From the NCBI RefSeq assembly GCF_036321535.1, contig NC_087436.1:48424001-48488000 (forward strand): a DNA stretch of 64,000 nt. The letters run 5' to 3'. The position numbers and the translations under genes are program-made. Numbering within the stretch: the stretch's first letter is position 1; each line of letters opens with the position of its first letter. The notes below the pieces were generated by a model. It had not been told where the DNA came from. It saw only the letters and a program-made list of their open reading frames with translations, and made no database searches. This document shows, piece after piece, positions 51,401 to 64,000 of this stretch. This DNA comes from Camelus dromedarius (taxonomy: Eukaryota).

Positions 51401-52047
51401 GCAGTTTATTATCTTGATTTAGAATTCCAGATTTTTATTATGAAAGCTGAGAAGGAAAGAATGCATTGCTTGACCAATGGAATATCTTTTTAGTGAGACA
51501 CTTGGAAGAGAGAAATATATTTGTTGGGGGACCTTTTCTGTTGTGGTTGCTGTAATGTGATTCAGATTTTGAAGCAAGTTTCTTCATTTCTAAGCTGGGA
51601 CTCCATTATACAACTCTGGGGCTCCATTTCCATCTGCTGTTAGGATGTCTCAGGATCTATACATAGAACATCTATGTCTAACCTAGAGGTGATAACATCT
51701 GTCAAGATCTTAGAGAGGATTAAAACAGAGTACTTGTAAAGCACCTAGCATGAAAACAAAAATTGATTAGTTAATTTAAGTAATATTATAGTGCCTTTTG
51801 TTACTTAGTTTAATTTTTAATACTATTATTAGACTTCATTATTTAAAGTTTCTGGTTGGTGTTCTTATTTCCTCTTTCCTGACTTCCCCTACTCTGTGAA
51901 AAGGAAAAGTTCTTTATAGTCTGTGGGTTATTCAAGCTTTAGGTAAGGAGAAAAGTCTTATTGGTATGAATATGCAATAACCAACTTTCTTAATTCTTAA
52001 AGCTGTCCAGCGTCATTGAAGAGGGAGTGTTCTGTCTTTTCCTTTAT

Positions 52048-52222
52048 TTTTTTTTAAATTTATTTAGTATTATTTTATTCATTATTTTTTAAATTAATCT
52101 TTTGGGGGGGAAGAGTTAATTAGGTTTATTCATCTATTTATTTAATGGAGGTACTGGGGCTTGAACCCAGCACCTAGTGCATGCTAGGCATGCACTCTAC
52201 CACTGAGCTATACCCTCCCCCC
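52048..52222 (-). mobile_element. tRNA-Ala-derived SINE (camelid Vic-1 type) with 13-bp TSD
   Basis: Minus strand GGGGAGGGTATAGCTCAGTGGTAGAGTGCATGCCTAGCATGCACTAGGTGCTGGGTTCAAGCCCCAGTACCTCC (A and B boxes), A-rich tail, perfect TSD tcttttcctttat at 52035-52047 and 52223-52235. Confidence 0.88.
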
Positions 52223-52434
52223 TCTTTTCCTTTATATGCCATTGAAAATCATTGATTTTGATTTAGAGCTGCAATATAAATTTATAACTGGGTGATTTTT
52301 CCTCTTTGGTATTATCTTGAAATTTTTAACTCTGATATATTTTACTGTGAAGTGTACAGATTGTCATTTTCCTCCAAGTTATGTATAGTTAATAATGTTT
52401 AAGGTAAGAAAACACTGGCTTAATGTTTAGTTAA

Positions 52435-52731
<297 letters not shown>

Positions 52732-53205
52732 TAGGTTATAAAATATATAGCAAACATATAAAGTAATAAGTGTGTGTGTGTAGGTGTGACTTCACCTTTC
52801 ACTCCAGCCAAACTGAGTCATTTGAGTTTTCCTGACTACATTTAAATGACTCATATTTGTCTGATCTGAGAATCAGAATTTTTGATTTTCTCTTTCAGGG
52901 AAACTACCTATCCTGAAACATATTTTTTCACCTCTGTTAAGAAGGAAATGAAAATTCTAATGTTAGAAACTTCAGAATTGTGTATTTGAATGTATTTCAT
53001 GATTGAAGGTAATCATTTGGACTAAGTTTCTTAGAATGAAAAGAGAGTCACTAATTTTTATTTTTTAGCGCTTTGGAGCTGCATTAGTCTTTTCATATAG
53101 GATTCCATTTACAAAAGTTGAACCCTATTGGTTAAAAAGTCAGTATTTCACTAGGAAGATGTTTCCTGCCTTTTTAGTAGTATAGTCAGGTTCTTCCATG
53201 TCCCA

Positions 53206-53560
53206 TATCTTAGTCTATTCTGGCTGCTAAAATAAACACCATAAACTGAGTGGCTTATAAACAACAAACATTTCTCACAGTTGTGGAGACTGGGAAGTTT
53301 GAGATTAAGGCATCAGCAGATTCTATGTTTGGTGATGCCTGCTTCCTGGTTGACAGCCATCTTCTCATTGTAACCTCACATGCTGGGAGGGTCAAGGGGT
53401 TCTCTCAGGCCTCTTTTGTAAGAGCACTGGTCCCATTCATGAGAGCTCCACCCTCCTGATCTAATTACCTCCCAAAGGCCCCACCCCCAAACACCATCAC
53501 AGTGGGGATTAGGTGTCAACATATGGATTTGGGGCAGACACCAATGTTCAATCTATAGCA
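53206..53560 (-). mobile_element. MaLR LTR (MLT1A-like)
   Basis: tcttagtctattctggctgcta...tggcttataaacaac...ctaattacctcccaaaggccccacc...ttcaatctatagca. Confidence 0.85.
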
Positions 53561-55910
53561 TCCTTGAAGATCCTTATGGTGGCAATATTTTAATTATTTT
53601 AAAATTATTTTTGAAAGCTTAATTGCATGCTGAGGTTCCATTTCCTAAAATTATTTTAAATTCATTTCAGTGACAAAATAAATAACAAAATAACCTGTGA
53701 AAGTTTACCCTATATACTTGATTATATTGTACAGTTTTTTTCCCTCTAAAAATGGAATTGTCATGTGTTTCAACCTAAATTAAAGACCCTCAAAAAAAGC
53801 AAACTATATTTTCTTTATTGTTTGCTGGAAAAAAGGCTAAGTGATACTTTCAGGTAGTTATTCTGAAAATAGTTATTCTGAAAGTTTTATAGACTTTGAG
53901 TAGAAAATGGTTTTTATAATAAATATTATTAATGACTAATATTTATTGAGTGTTTATTATGTATTAGGCAGTATTCTAAGTACTTTACATATTTTTGTAA
54001 TTAACTTAATCCTTATACCATTACCATGAGGTAGATATTATTCTTCTTCTCATTTTACATATAAGAAAATTAAGGCACAGAGCAATTAAGTAACCCAGGA
54101 ACTTTTTTTTGGCAAATTTGCTGCTGTTGTTGTTTACAAAAAAAAACAAAAAACAAAAAACTTTTTGCGAAAGTTTTTATTTGATAAATGGTTTCCATGA
54201 CATTAAACTAAGTTATAGAAATCATTTGGGTTTTTCATATAACCAAATAATTGATAGATACTGTCAATCCCTACATGTCTCAACCACCACCATCCAATTA
54301 CAAATTCTAAAGAATTTCCACTTGTGGGGGTTGGCCCAGTTCCCAGATCACTCCAAACTTGGCAATATAGTAGAGCCTTATTATCATTTATAGCAGGTGA
54401 CCGTAATTAGTCTTGTTTTACATCTGCAAATTTTGAGTGTTTCCCGTCTTCCCAAACTCTTATCATTTTATTCAGTTCTTAAAAGTTCTTCATTCTTATA
54501 TCCTGAAGTGCTACTTACGTCTTTCCACTGTGTCTGGAAGCCTATTTGGAGCATGACTTCACATAACTGGGGTCTTGCCTCTGTCCAGTTTTGCCTAGAC
54601 TTTCTTTTCATGGAGTAATTGACTCAGTAGTCCTAACTATTTCTTGAGCTTCTTCTTTTCATCCCTTTATGTAAATGAGCCCTTGTAAACACTAAACTAG
54701 GAGAAACCTAATGACACAATCCCTCTGGGGAGCACTACTGCTAACTTTGCATAGGAACCTTCTTTTTAGTTATCAGTGTCAGGAACTGATCCCCTTAGGC
54801 ACTGTTAGACTCTGTAAGTGTTGAAGTGGGCTCAGCCATCTGGGTAGTCCCTTTAGGCCCATCCACCATGTTGCTGGTTCTCTGTTTCCCCTGCTTGCCC
54901 TATTCCTAGATCTCAGCGGTCCTCTCTTCTAGGGTAGCATAGGTCATGGATGTATATAACATTTATGTATCTTAAATTTGGCTGGCTGGAATGAAAATAT
55001 ACGTGATTGTAGGAAAGTTAGGGAATTTGCTTTTTTTTTTTTAACTATCAGCAATGTTTATTGTCCTGAAAAGTTATATGCATAAGGAGTAAAAAACTAA
55101 ATTAGAATAAGTGTTGATATAAAGGTCTGTTTATTCCACAACATCCCAGTTACTTCCATTGCATTTAGCTTGAAAAATTTGAAAAGGCTCTATTGAACAG
55201 TCTCCTTAGTGAACAATAACATTTCTCAGTGATGTAATAGCACATGATTTTGGTTTGGACTCTACTTAATAGTCTCCTCAAAGAATTTTGATTTTGGTTC
55301 CTTTTCCACCTTTATTCTGTTCTTGCTATGCAGATATCTCACATCTTGTCATTGTTAGTCCCCCACCACCTCACCTTCCCCTTCTTCCTTAGAGTAACAT
55401 GTGAGGTATGGTCTGCTTTATTAACATTATGTTTTCACATATTAGGTTAGCGCAGAAGTCAGGCTTTCACCTGTGTCCTATAGATCATTCAAAACTAATT
55501 CAAGATGATGTTAGTTTCTTGCTAACTCAGCAGGATGATGTATTTAATCTCAAGAATAGTGCACCTTAGAATTTGATAACTTGATTTATTAAAAAAGAAG
55601 TTGAGTAAAATATCTTTAAAAGAAAAAAGGCTAATAAAGCATGAAAATACTTAAGTTAAATTTTATCTTTTTCTTTTGAACTTGAAATCTCAGCAGTTTT
55701 AGAAGCAGAGTAAGGATTAATAAATGGTAATACATTCCATTCTATTTGGTATTGATTACCCAGAAATGTTTTGGGTTATTGCTAGGGAGATCAACAACAA
55801 TATTATTTTAAGTAACAGATTTGAAATTTAGGTGGAGAATAATACAATTGTTAAGAACCTATAAAATAATTTATTCTGTATGTCTAGCTACACGTACATT
55901 TTAACCTTAG

Positions 55911-56319
55911 TGTTTTTATCAGCTTAGAGTTCCATTAAAGAAACAGACAAGTAGGAGATAGCTAGCTAGCTAGATTAATTGCTTGGAATTGGTTTCGATG
56001 ATTGTGAGGGCTGAGTAGGCAAATCTGAAATCCGTAGGGCAGGTCACCAAGGATAAGCTGAAGTTTTAGACAAGAGCTGAAGTCACAGTCTAAGTGCAGT
56101 TTCTTCTTCTTTAGAGAAGACTCCATTCTGCTCTTCAGGCTTTTACAGCTGATTGAATCAGGATCACCCAGATTATCTAGGATAATCTTCCTTACATAAA
56201 GTAAACTAATTGTAGATTTTAATCATTTATCAAATGCTTTCACAGTAACGCCTAGATTAGTGTTTGAATAACTGGAGACTATAGCCCAGCTATGCTGACT
56301 CATAAAACTAACCATCACA
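55911..56319 (-). mobile_element. ERVL LTR (MLT2-like)
   Basis: gaaacagacaagtaggagata...aaatctgaaatccgtagggcagg...gattatctaggataatcttccttac...cataaaactaaccatcaca. Confidence 0.8.
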
Positions 56320-57419
56320 GTGACCTAGTAACAGTACTTTTTTATAGGTACAGAATTTTTCTTTATCAGTTTTACTGTATAAATATTTATTTAGATATTT
56401 TATTTAAAAGGTGATGAGCTAGTCTCAGTTCTTTCTGTGAATAGCAAAAGAATGATGCAGTAACTATATTCTAGTAACCTTTCATATTATCTTAACACAT
56501 TCACAATTTATCTCTCTCTAAGTTAAAAAGTTTTTTTTAATCTTTCTTTAGTCCCTCTCCTCATTCCACTACTTTATTGTCTGTTTTGCTTAATACTATA
56601 CTCTCTTCTATTTCTTAGCTTTGAATTAAAACATACAATTCAGGCTATACATATACTTCAGTGACACTTGGCATTCATCAAATATTTGTTAGAACAAAGA
56701 TTATTTCACGATTCTGTATGTTCTACTCTTTAAAGTTCATCTTGATATCACATTTGTTCTTTATAAATAATGCCAGTACATTGCTGACTTACATTTGGCA
56801 TGGTATGATTCCCAAATATTTTTGTCATATTTTATTCTGTGAAACTATGTTGTTTTTATAACAAACAGAAGTTATTTTCAAACAGCAGTCCAGAGTTTCA
56901 GGATGAAGACTCTCTAATGATTTTTTTGAAAAAAGTGCTTCATTTTGGAAACTTTGTTTTGGCATATACTCCATTACCTCTGGGAGAATAATTGGTATTC
57001 TGCCAAGGATTATGGTTCTGCTGTATTTAAATAATACTTCACAGTTCCATAGGATCCTGAAGCTTTGGCAAACTCTGGTTTATGATCGTTTGAAGGAGTT
57101 TCCTAAAGAAGCCTGCTAATTTTTTTTTCTAAATCATTTTAAGCATGACAAATTTTAGGCTAATGCCGAACACTTTGAAAATCTCTCACAGATATGGAGA
57201 CTTATGAATATCTAATTTAAAATTATTAATTAATGGAGTATATACATTTTAACAATTTCTGATGGTTTTGTTTTACATTAAAATCAGTGCTATTGAGGTA
57301 TTGTTATGCCTAGTTTACAACACTGGCAGATACTTTTCCACACTGGACAGATTTCCATTTAGATAATGACTATTATTATATGAGATACATTCATTTCTAA
57401 TGGCCACATTGAGTTTTTG

Positions 57420-58680
57420 CTAAGTTAACTCATTTAACAAGTATTTTTAAATTAGATGCTTATATGTTTGAGGTACTGCTCTAAAAACTGGTGATACATG
57501 TTGAACAAGACCTTCCTGCCATCGTGAAATGTATTATCTAGTGGAAAACAAAGACATCAGTTAAAAATGTATAAAGATCCTTGGGAGTTGAAAAAAGTGC
57601 TACAAAAGAAAAGTTCAGTGTGGAATAGATTAGATTATAGGAGGAGCAAATTGATTTGGGGGAATTAGGAAAGTGTTCCTTGAGGAAATCACATTTAACT
57701 GAGTAATGAATAATAATAATAATAACTAACACTTAAGGATTGCTATGTACCATGCATGCACTGTTCTAGGTCTGTATTATGTATTAACTCGTATCAACCT
57801 CACAACAGCTCTATGAGGTAGGCACTGTTGTTTTCTTCATTTTACAGAAGAGGAAACCATTGGCATAGAGAGGTTAGCAGAACTTCCCCAAGGTCACGTA
57901 ACTGATGAGTGTTGTACTTGGAATTTGAGCCCAGACAGAATAGTCGTGCTCTTAACCACTATGTTTCATGATAGGAGGTAACTAGGATAAGGAATGGGGA
58001 AGATGGTTTTAGGCAATGAGAATCCATGTGCTAGTACTTTAAGGTAGGAAAAGTAAAGGAAGACCAGTGAACAGGGAGTTGGCAAGTGACAGACAAAATA
58101 ACAAAAAATGTTGGAGGGGAATAAGAATTCATATGAGAAGATCAGTTAAGAGATTTTCGTAGTAATCTAATGAGAGATGATGTTGGCGTGGACCCAGATT
58201 TTGGCAGATGGAGCAAACTTTACAGATTCTGCAAACATTTGGGAGGTAGAAATAGCAGGGCTTTTTGTTTGGATTTGAGAGAGAGAGATTATTTCTAAAT
58301 TTGTAGCTGGAGCAGCTGGCAGGATAGTGGTACCATTTACTGAAACAGTACTAAACAGAACAGGCTTAAGGAGCAAACTATAAATTCAGTTTGAGTTGTG
58401 TTGAGTTTGACATGATTTTTATCTCAAAGTAAGAGATTGACTGTAAAAGCCTAGAGTTCAGAACAGAGTCTGGGCTTGAGATGAAATTTAAGAGTTTTTC
58501 AGCCTTGGGAGTAAATAAGGAGAAAACACAGTCTGAAGACCTAGAATCAGAGGTGGAGTAACTAGAAGCATTTAAATTTGGGTAGAAGAGTTACCAGTCT
58601 ACAAAGGCGACTGAGGAGAGGTAGCCAAATAAATGTAAGGAAAACTGACAAAATGTGGTAAGATGGAAAGCAAAGGAGTG
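57420..58680 (-). mobile_element. L2 LINE fragment with an embedded MIR (~57715-57960)
   Basis: L2 motifs catttaacaagtatt and ggatagtggtaccatttactgaaa; MIR core cattttacagaagaggaaac...ccaaggtcac. Confidence 0.75.
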
Positions 58681-60168
58681 CATCTTCCCATTTTGGTTTT
58701 CTGACAGTGTTATTTCCTCTTTCTTTCTAGAACTTCACAGTTGTACTAAATTGCTTGGAATTCAACTTTGCATGCTCATTTCTTTACCGAATAAAAGAAC
58801 TAGAACTTTTATGTCATGATTTTCTTTCCTATTCTCTTTTCCTTTTTTTTCCCCTCATTAAATGTTCTTTCAAATTTAATTTTTTTAAGCTTTTGCTTAG
58901 ATTACTTGGAGTTTTTTTTACCTGAAAGTGATAGCTTTCATTTAGAATGTTTCTAATTTTTATGTTTCAGATCATTCTGTATAATGCCACACCTCAGACA
59001 GTTTCAGCTTCCAAGATGTGACCCATCAATATCCTGCCCTCACAGGTCACATGATTGCCTGTATACCATTGTCCTTCATCTCTGCTCCCAGCAGGCAAGA
59101 CCATACCTTGAACCAGTTGTTACTGAGAGTTACTCCTTTTACTAGATCAGCTACTCAGATACTCTCCTTTCCCATCTTCTGCTCTCATTTTTCTACCTGT
59201 GCCATTTTTCATTTTCACCAAAATTCTTTGCATTTATCACTATTTCCAGTCTCCTCGCACCTTTACTTCTGTATCTTGTCTTGGTCAGCCATCTGTCTTT
59301 TGTGTTAACCTTCTTCCTTAGCTTAGAACTCATTTTACAAGGGTATTCGTAGTACCCCAATTTCTTTTAAAAAAACTTGATCTCTCCCGAAATAAACTTA
59401 TCAAATTCTCAATCACTTGTGAGCCCAGTTGTACTTTTCTTTCACTTCTCTTACACCTATTCTTTTAAAAAGAAAAAAAGTTTGTTGATCTACTACTGTA
59501 TCAGACAATGTGTTAGTCACTATGGATAACTGATGATTATATTAGATTTTTTTAAATGTGTAGACCTTCAAAATTGTGCTGTCTTATTTTTAGACAGTTG
59601 ATCTGTTGGAAAATAAAAATTACATCATAATATAGATTGTGCACAGCAAAACTTTATATTATTACTAACCTCAGCAGGTCCCATGATATTACAAACAATC
59701 CCAAGTTGATTTTCTGTGTTTTCTTCATAGTCATGATTCAGACTTGTTTCTGAACTCACTTTCTCAAGTTTCTGAACTCAGTTTCAAAGGCCTCATGTTT
59801 GAACCAGACAGTCAAGACAATTTGTCCCTAGCCCCCAATTTCTCCTTCACCTCAAAATTTCTTTATGTATTTATCCAAGCTTTCCTTCTAGTCTGTGTGA
59901 GAGGAATGATCGCTTCTTTTTGCCAAAGGTAAACCTTTCCAGCTGTATTTCCTGATGTACATGGGAGAAATTCTAGAGAAAAACAAAAGATAAAAAGAAA
60001 TTGGTATTTAATGTATTTTTTATTACATGTTTATCTTGTTATTCTATATATTTGGTTGTTATGTAGTTAATACAGAATTTGGAAAGCTCTTTTAAAATAT
60101 CATTTGTATTATATGTTAATATCTTTAGTGGGGTATATTATTTTGTTATTAAAACATTGTGTTAATAG

Positions 60169-60345
<177 letters not shown>

Positions 60346-61504
60346 TAACTAGAAACTGCAGGGTTTTAGTTTCTTCTGTTACTTATTTAATAATAAAATC
60401 CAGGTGCAAATTTTTATTTTAGGACATTTAATTCATAGACCTCATAGAAATTCAACATTGATATTGCCCAGTGTTCAACTTTTGTGATGTAGGCATTCTT
60501 CAAAGTACTTGACAAAAAAATTACTAACAGGGATATATATGAAAATCTGAAATCTTTGTAGTACTCAGCATTTCTCTAGCTGAGATTAAGAGTATTTTCC
60601 TGAGAGAAGTACGTGGTAACTTCTCACAGGAACTGGTGTTCCAGGGGTCACAGTGAACTGCGTTAAGTAAAGGCCAGGTTGAAGAATAGAGAGAAATAAT
60701 ATCAGGTGGAATCTAATGATACAGTTTAAGTTCAGTCATTTCAATGACTCATGAAATTTACTTTCTATCTCAGGCATTTTTGGAAGAAAAGTGTTTGGTC
60801 TAAACTTTATTACAAATGAGCTTCTTCACAGATTTTCTGAAATTATCATAAAATCATGAAAAATATTTCTTTAATGAATAAAGTACTAAACCAATGAAAA
60901 ATGCTTGCCGTGGGCCTTGATAGGTTTGTAATCATCCATTCTAGTTTAAAGAAATATTCTTATTATTGGTCAGTACTTTTTAATCAATGCTATATTCTAG
61001 ATGAAAATAAATCTCTTTCAGTGGAGGAAAAATGTGTATCTTACTAAGTGGTAGTAATTTAATAGCAGCAAAACAAATAAATTGAATAAAAGTACTTTCC
61101 TTGCTACTTTAAATGATTTGGTTTTAAGTGATCTCTGGGATAAAAGATACAGATACCAAGTACACCATTGTCTCACTTGCTCTTTTAGAAAAGTCTAAGC
61201 TGACCATGGTAATAAAAGCGACTTTTCTATATATTTAGAAATATCTGAACCTTATTTAATAAATATATTTTTATAGTTATAATTTTTGCACGTCACATGT
61301 CTTCGATTTCATTTTTTAAGAGCATATTACTCTTTGCTTATCAGTTTAAATTTACACTTTAATTTATAAGCCATCGAGGCTAAAAAATAGTTCTCTGTGA
61401 AAGCTAGTGACATTGAAATTGAAAACCAACTATAATCATTTTTATCTATGAAAAAATACTTTATTTTAATTCACCCTGGATCAAATTTGTATAAAGATTG
61501 AAAA

Positions 61505-61815
61505 CCAATTGTGAGCAAAAGAAGTCAGACACAAAAATTACATTCTGCTATTTCTATGAAGTTCTAGAAGAATCAAAACTCATCTCCAGTGATAGATATA
61601 AAAACAGTGCTTGACTCTGGTTGGGGAAGAGGGCAATACAAAAACTGATTCAAAATAACCTTGGGAGAACTATCTGGGGAATGGAAATTTTTACATCTTG
61701 ATTAGGGTATTACTTACATGGTGAATGTTCTTGAAAAACTTGTCAAAATTCACTGACATATACACTTAAGAGTGTGCATTTCACCTATGTAAATTACACT
61801 TCAAATTTTTAAAAA
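61505..61815 (+). mobile_element. Old L1 (L1MC/ME-type) 3' end
   Basis: gcaaaagaagtcagacacaaaa...ggaaatttttacatcttgatt...tacacttaagagtgtgcatttcac. Confidence 0.7.
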
Positions 61816-61914
61816 ATTCTGTGTTATTTACTTGGCTTGAGTTGTGAACCTCTCATATAGCAACAATATTATGTTACTAATGAAGGTGCTTTGTCTAGTA
61901 GTAGCATACTTGTT

Positions 61915-62496
61915 TGTATTTCTTTGTCTCTGTGAGAAGAAATAGTATGAATTATTGTTAACTTAACGAATTACCTCAACACTTAGCAGCTTAAAACAAC
62001 CATAAGTATTTATCAATGTACATAATTTCCCTGGGTCAGGAATTCAGGAATGGTTTAGTTGGGTGGTTTTAGCTCAGGATCTCATGCCACTGCAGTGAGA
62101 ATATCAGCTGAGACTGTAGTCATCTGAAAGCTTGGCTGGGACTACAAGAGCTATTTCTAAGATAGCTCACTCATTTGGTGCCGGTTATTGACAGGAGGCT
62201 TATTTCCTCCCTACCTTGAGGGCCTTGACACAGACCTCTTAACTATTCCCACAACATGGTGGTTGGCTTCTCTCTGAGTGACTGAGTGAGCAATCTGAGA
62301 GATGAAAGAAAGCAAAGTGGAAGTTGCAATGCCTTTTATGACCTAGCCTCAGGAACCCCACATTGTCGTTTCTGCTGTATCTTCTTGGATACAGAGGTCA
62401 GCCATTAACTCTATTCATTGTGGGAGAGGACTACACAAGAATGTGAATCTCAGGAGTCTGGGGACATTGGGGGTCATCTTAGAGGTTGGTTGTCAC
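61915..62496 (-). mobile_element. MaLR LTR (MLT1E/F/G-like)
   Basis: acttagcagcttaaaacaac...ggtcaggaattcagg...ttttatgacctagcctcagga...ggggtcatcttagaggttggttgtcaca. Confidence 0.8.
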
Positions 62497-64000
62497 AGAA
62501 GTCTTGGAGGTCATATAAGTACTTTAAAAATAAAGGGAAAAATAGGAATTAAATACTAAATCAACATTAACACTAACTGGGAAATTACTAAAGTTCCTAA
62601 AATTATTTAGTACTCATTTAGGGTACTTGGGAAAGAAGAAAGAAAGGAGTTTACACTATGGAGAGAGGGTAGAGTATTAAGGGAATATCCAGAAGTACCA
62701 GAGGACATAACTATACTACGATTGGTATTGCTCTGCATCCTGTAAAGTGATGTTACGCATGGCCTTGTGCTCCCAGCCATTCCAGAGGACTCCATAAGCC
62801 ACAAGTAGAGTAGTTCTTTGGCATCAGGATAGTAGTAACTGGAGGATGTTCCTTCTGATCTCCACATTTCCCTCTCTACCCATATATGTCCTTCCTTTGC
62901 TTTCTAAAAGAACTGAAGAAGAGAGAAGCTGGTGACCCAGAAGACAAATTTCCATTTTCATCATTTTACTTTTTTTTACTTTCAATTGTACTATAAAAGG
63001 ATAGAATTGCAATTGCTCTGTCAATAAGATTAAATCCATTAGCTCATGAAAAGTTTTAGCTTTTCTGTGCTTGTCATCCTTCATCCTTATTTTAGAGATC
63101 ATAAATCACATAACAGTGAGTACCAGTAGCCTTTACAGTGTAAAGATGTAAAAAAAACCACCTTTCTTCAAAGCCTTTGTTTCTGTCTTCAGGGGATAAA
63201 ATGTCATAGATGGAAGCATATTTTTGATATGTAGAGGAACATATGATATGATAGGTAGAGGAACATCAATAGGATTAAACGAAAATGTCATGTTGTCTTT
63301 CATGCCATTTACATTTTCTCATAATCTTCATTTATTTAAAATAGAATGTATAGTAATTTTATAGGTCTTTGTAATTTTTTCAGGTAATATATATTTAAAT
63401 ATTTTTGTAAATAAAATACTGTTTTTAGTCATTCTGGTACTAGAGTCAAGTTCAATATTTCCCTTACTCATTTTGGAATATAACTTCCAGCACTTACTGC
63501 CTTTGAGTAGAAATAATTCCATCAGATTCAGTTCCAAGTTGTTATCTGATCCATCCATCTGAATTAGCTTTGTTGAGAACTATTTGACTTTCCACATATT
63601 TGGATTACATTAGTCTCCAATAACAGGCAGGTTTCATCTGCAATTTTAATTAATTCTATAACCTGTTTATGGAAAGTGAGAAGATGTCCTTATGGCTTAT
63701 AAATCAGTTCTTTCCCCTACTGCCAAAAGTAAGCACCCTGCACCTGTAAGAAAGGCTGATGCAAAGTAAACAGGAAATCTATTTAGATAGGGTTGCAATT
63801 TGAGACCCATGATTTTCAGTTGTCCATCTGTCTGTAACTGTTGCAAAACTGTAAGCTGCCAGTTGTCTGGTAGTTATTTGAAGTTGATTGTCCAAACTTA
63901 AGCATCACTTAAGGCATATATCTTACTGGATTTATGTTTTGAAGAAAATTTTACATCTTCCTTCCTTAAAATCGATGGGGTGGAGTAGGGGAATAAAAAC

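Noticed and set aside
52147..52222. tRNA-Ala gene
   Set aside because: It carries a SINE tail and a 13-bp TSD and the acceptor end is degenerate, so it is a SINE head.
62607..63102. Two overlapping minus-strand ORFs (86 and 92 aa) as a possible pseudogene
   Set aside because: No recognisable protein similarity, poly(A) tail or TSD.

Overview
AT-rich mammalian genomic DNA, most likely a camelid (a tRNA-Ala-derived Vic-1-type SINE is present; I saw no Alu, B1, Bov-A/BovB or PRE-1 elements). It covers the GIMD1-AIMP1-TBCK locus. The last coding exon of GIMD1 (+, 658-918) is missed by the ORF track. The complete AIMP1/p43/pro-EMAP II CDS lies on the minus strand in six coding exons (34154 down to 11266, 942 nt, 313 aa, all GT-AG junctions in phase), with a non-coding first exon ending at 45061. 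A shared CpG-rich head-to-head promoter (~44800-45920) precedes the first two coding exons of TBCK (+, 52492-52684 and 60212-60284). The rest is intronic or intergenic and full of interspersed repeats (L1, L2, MIR, ERV/MaLR LTRs, Tigger1, MER elements). Repeat family names come from recalled consensus motifs; boundaries are approximate unless TSDs or TIRs are given. I found no new protein-coding system. The best leads are: a splice-junction-built AUG adding a 9-aa N-terminal extension to AIMP1; a TSD-flanked L1 carrying ~270 bp of apparently non-L1 3' sequence; a twin-primed inverted L1; a DR1 nuclear-receptor half-site array; and a compound minisatellite beside the bidirectional promoter.
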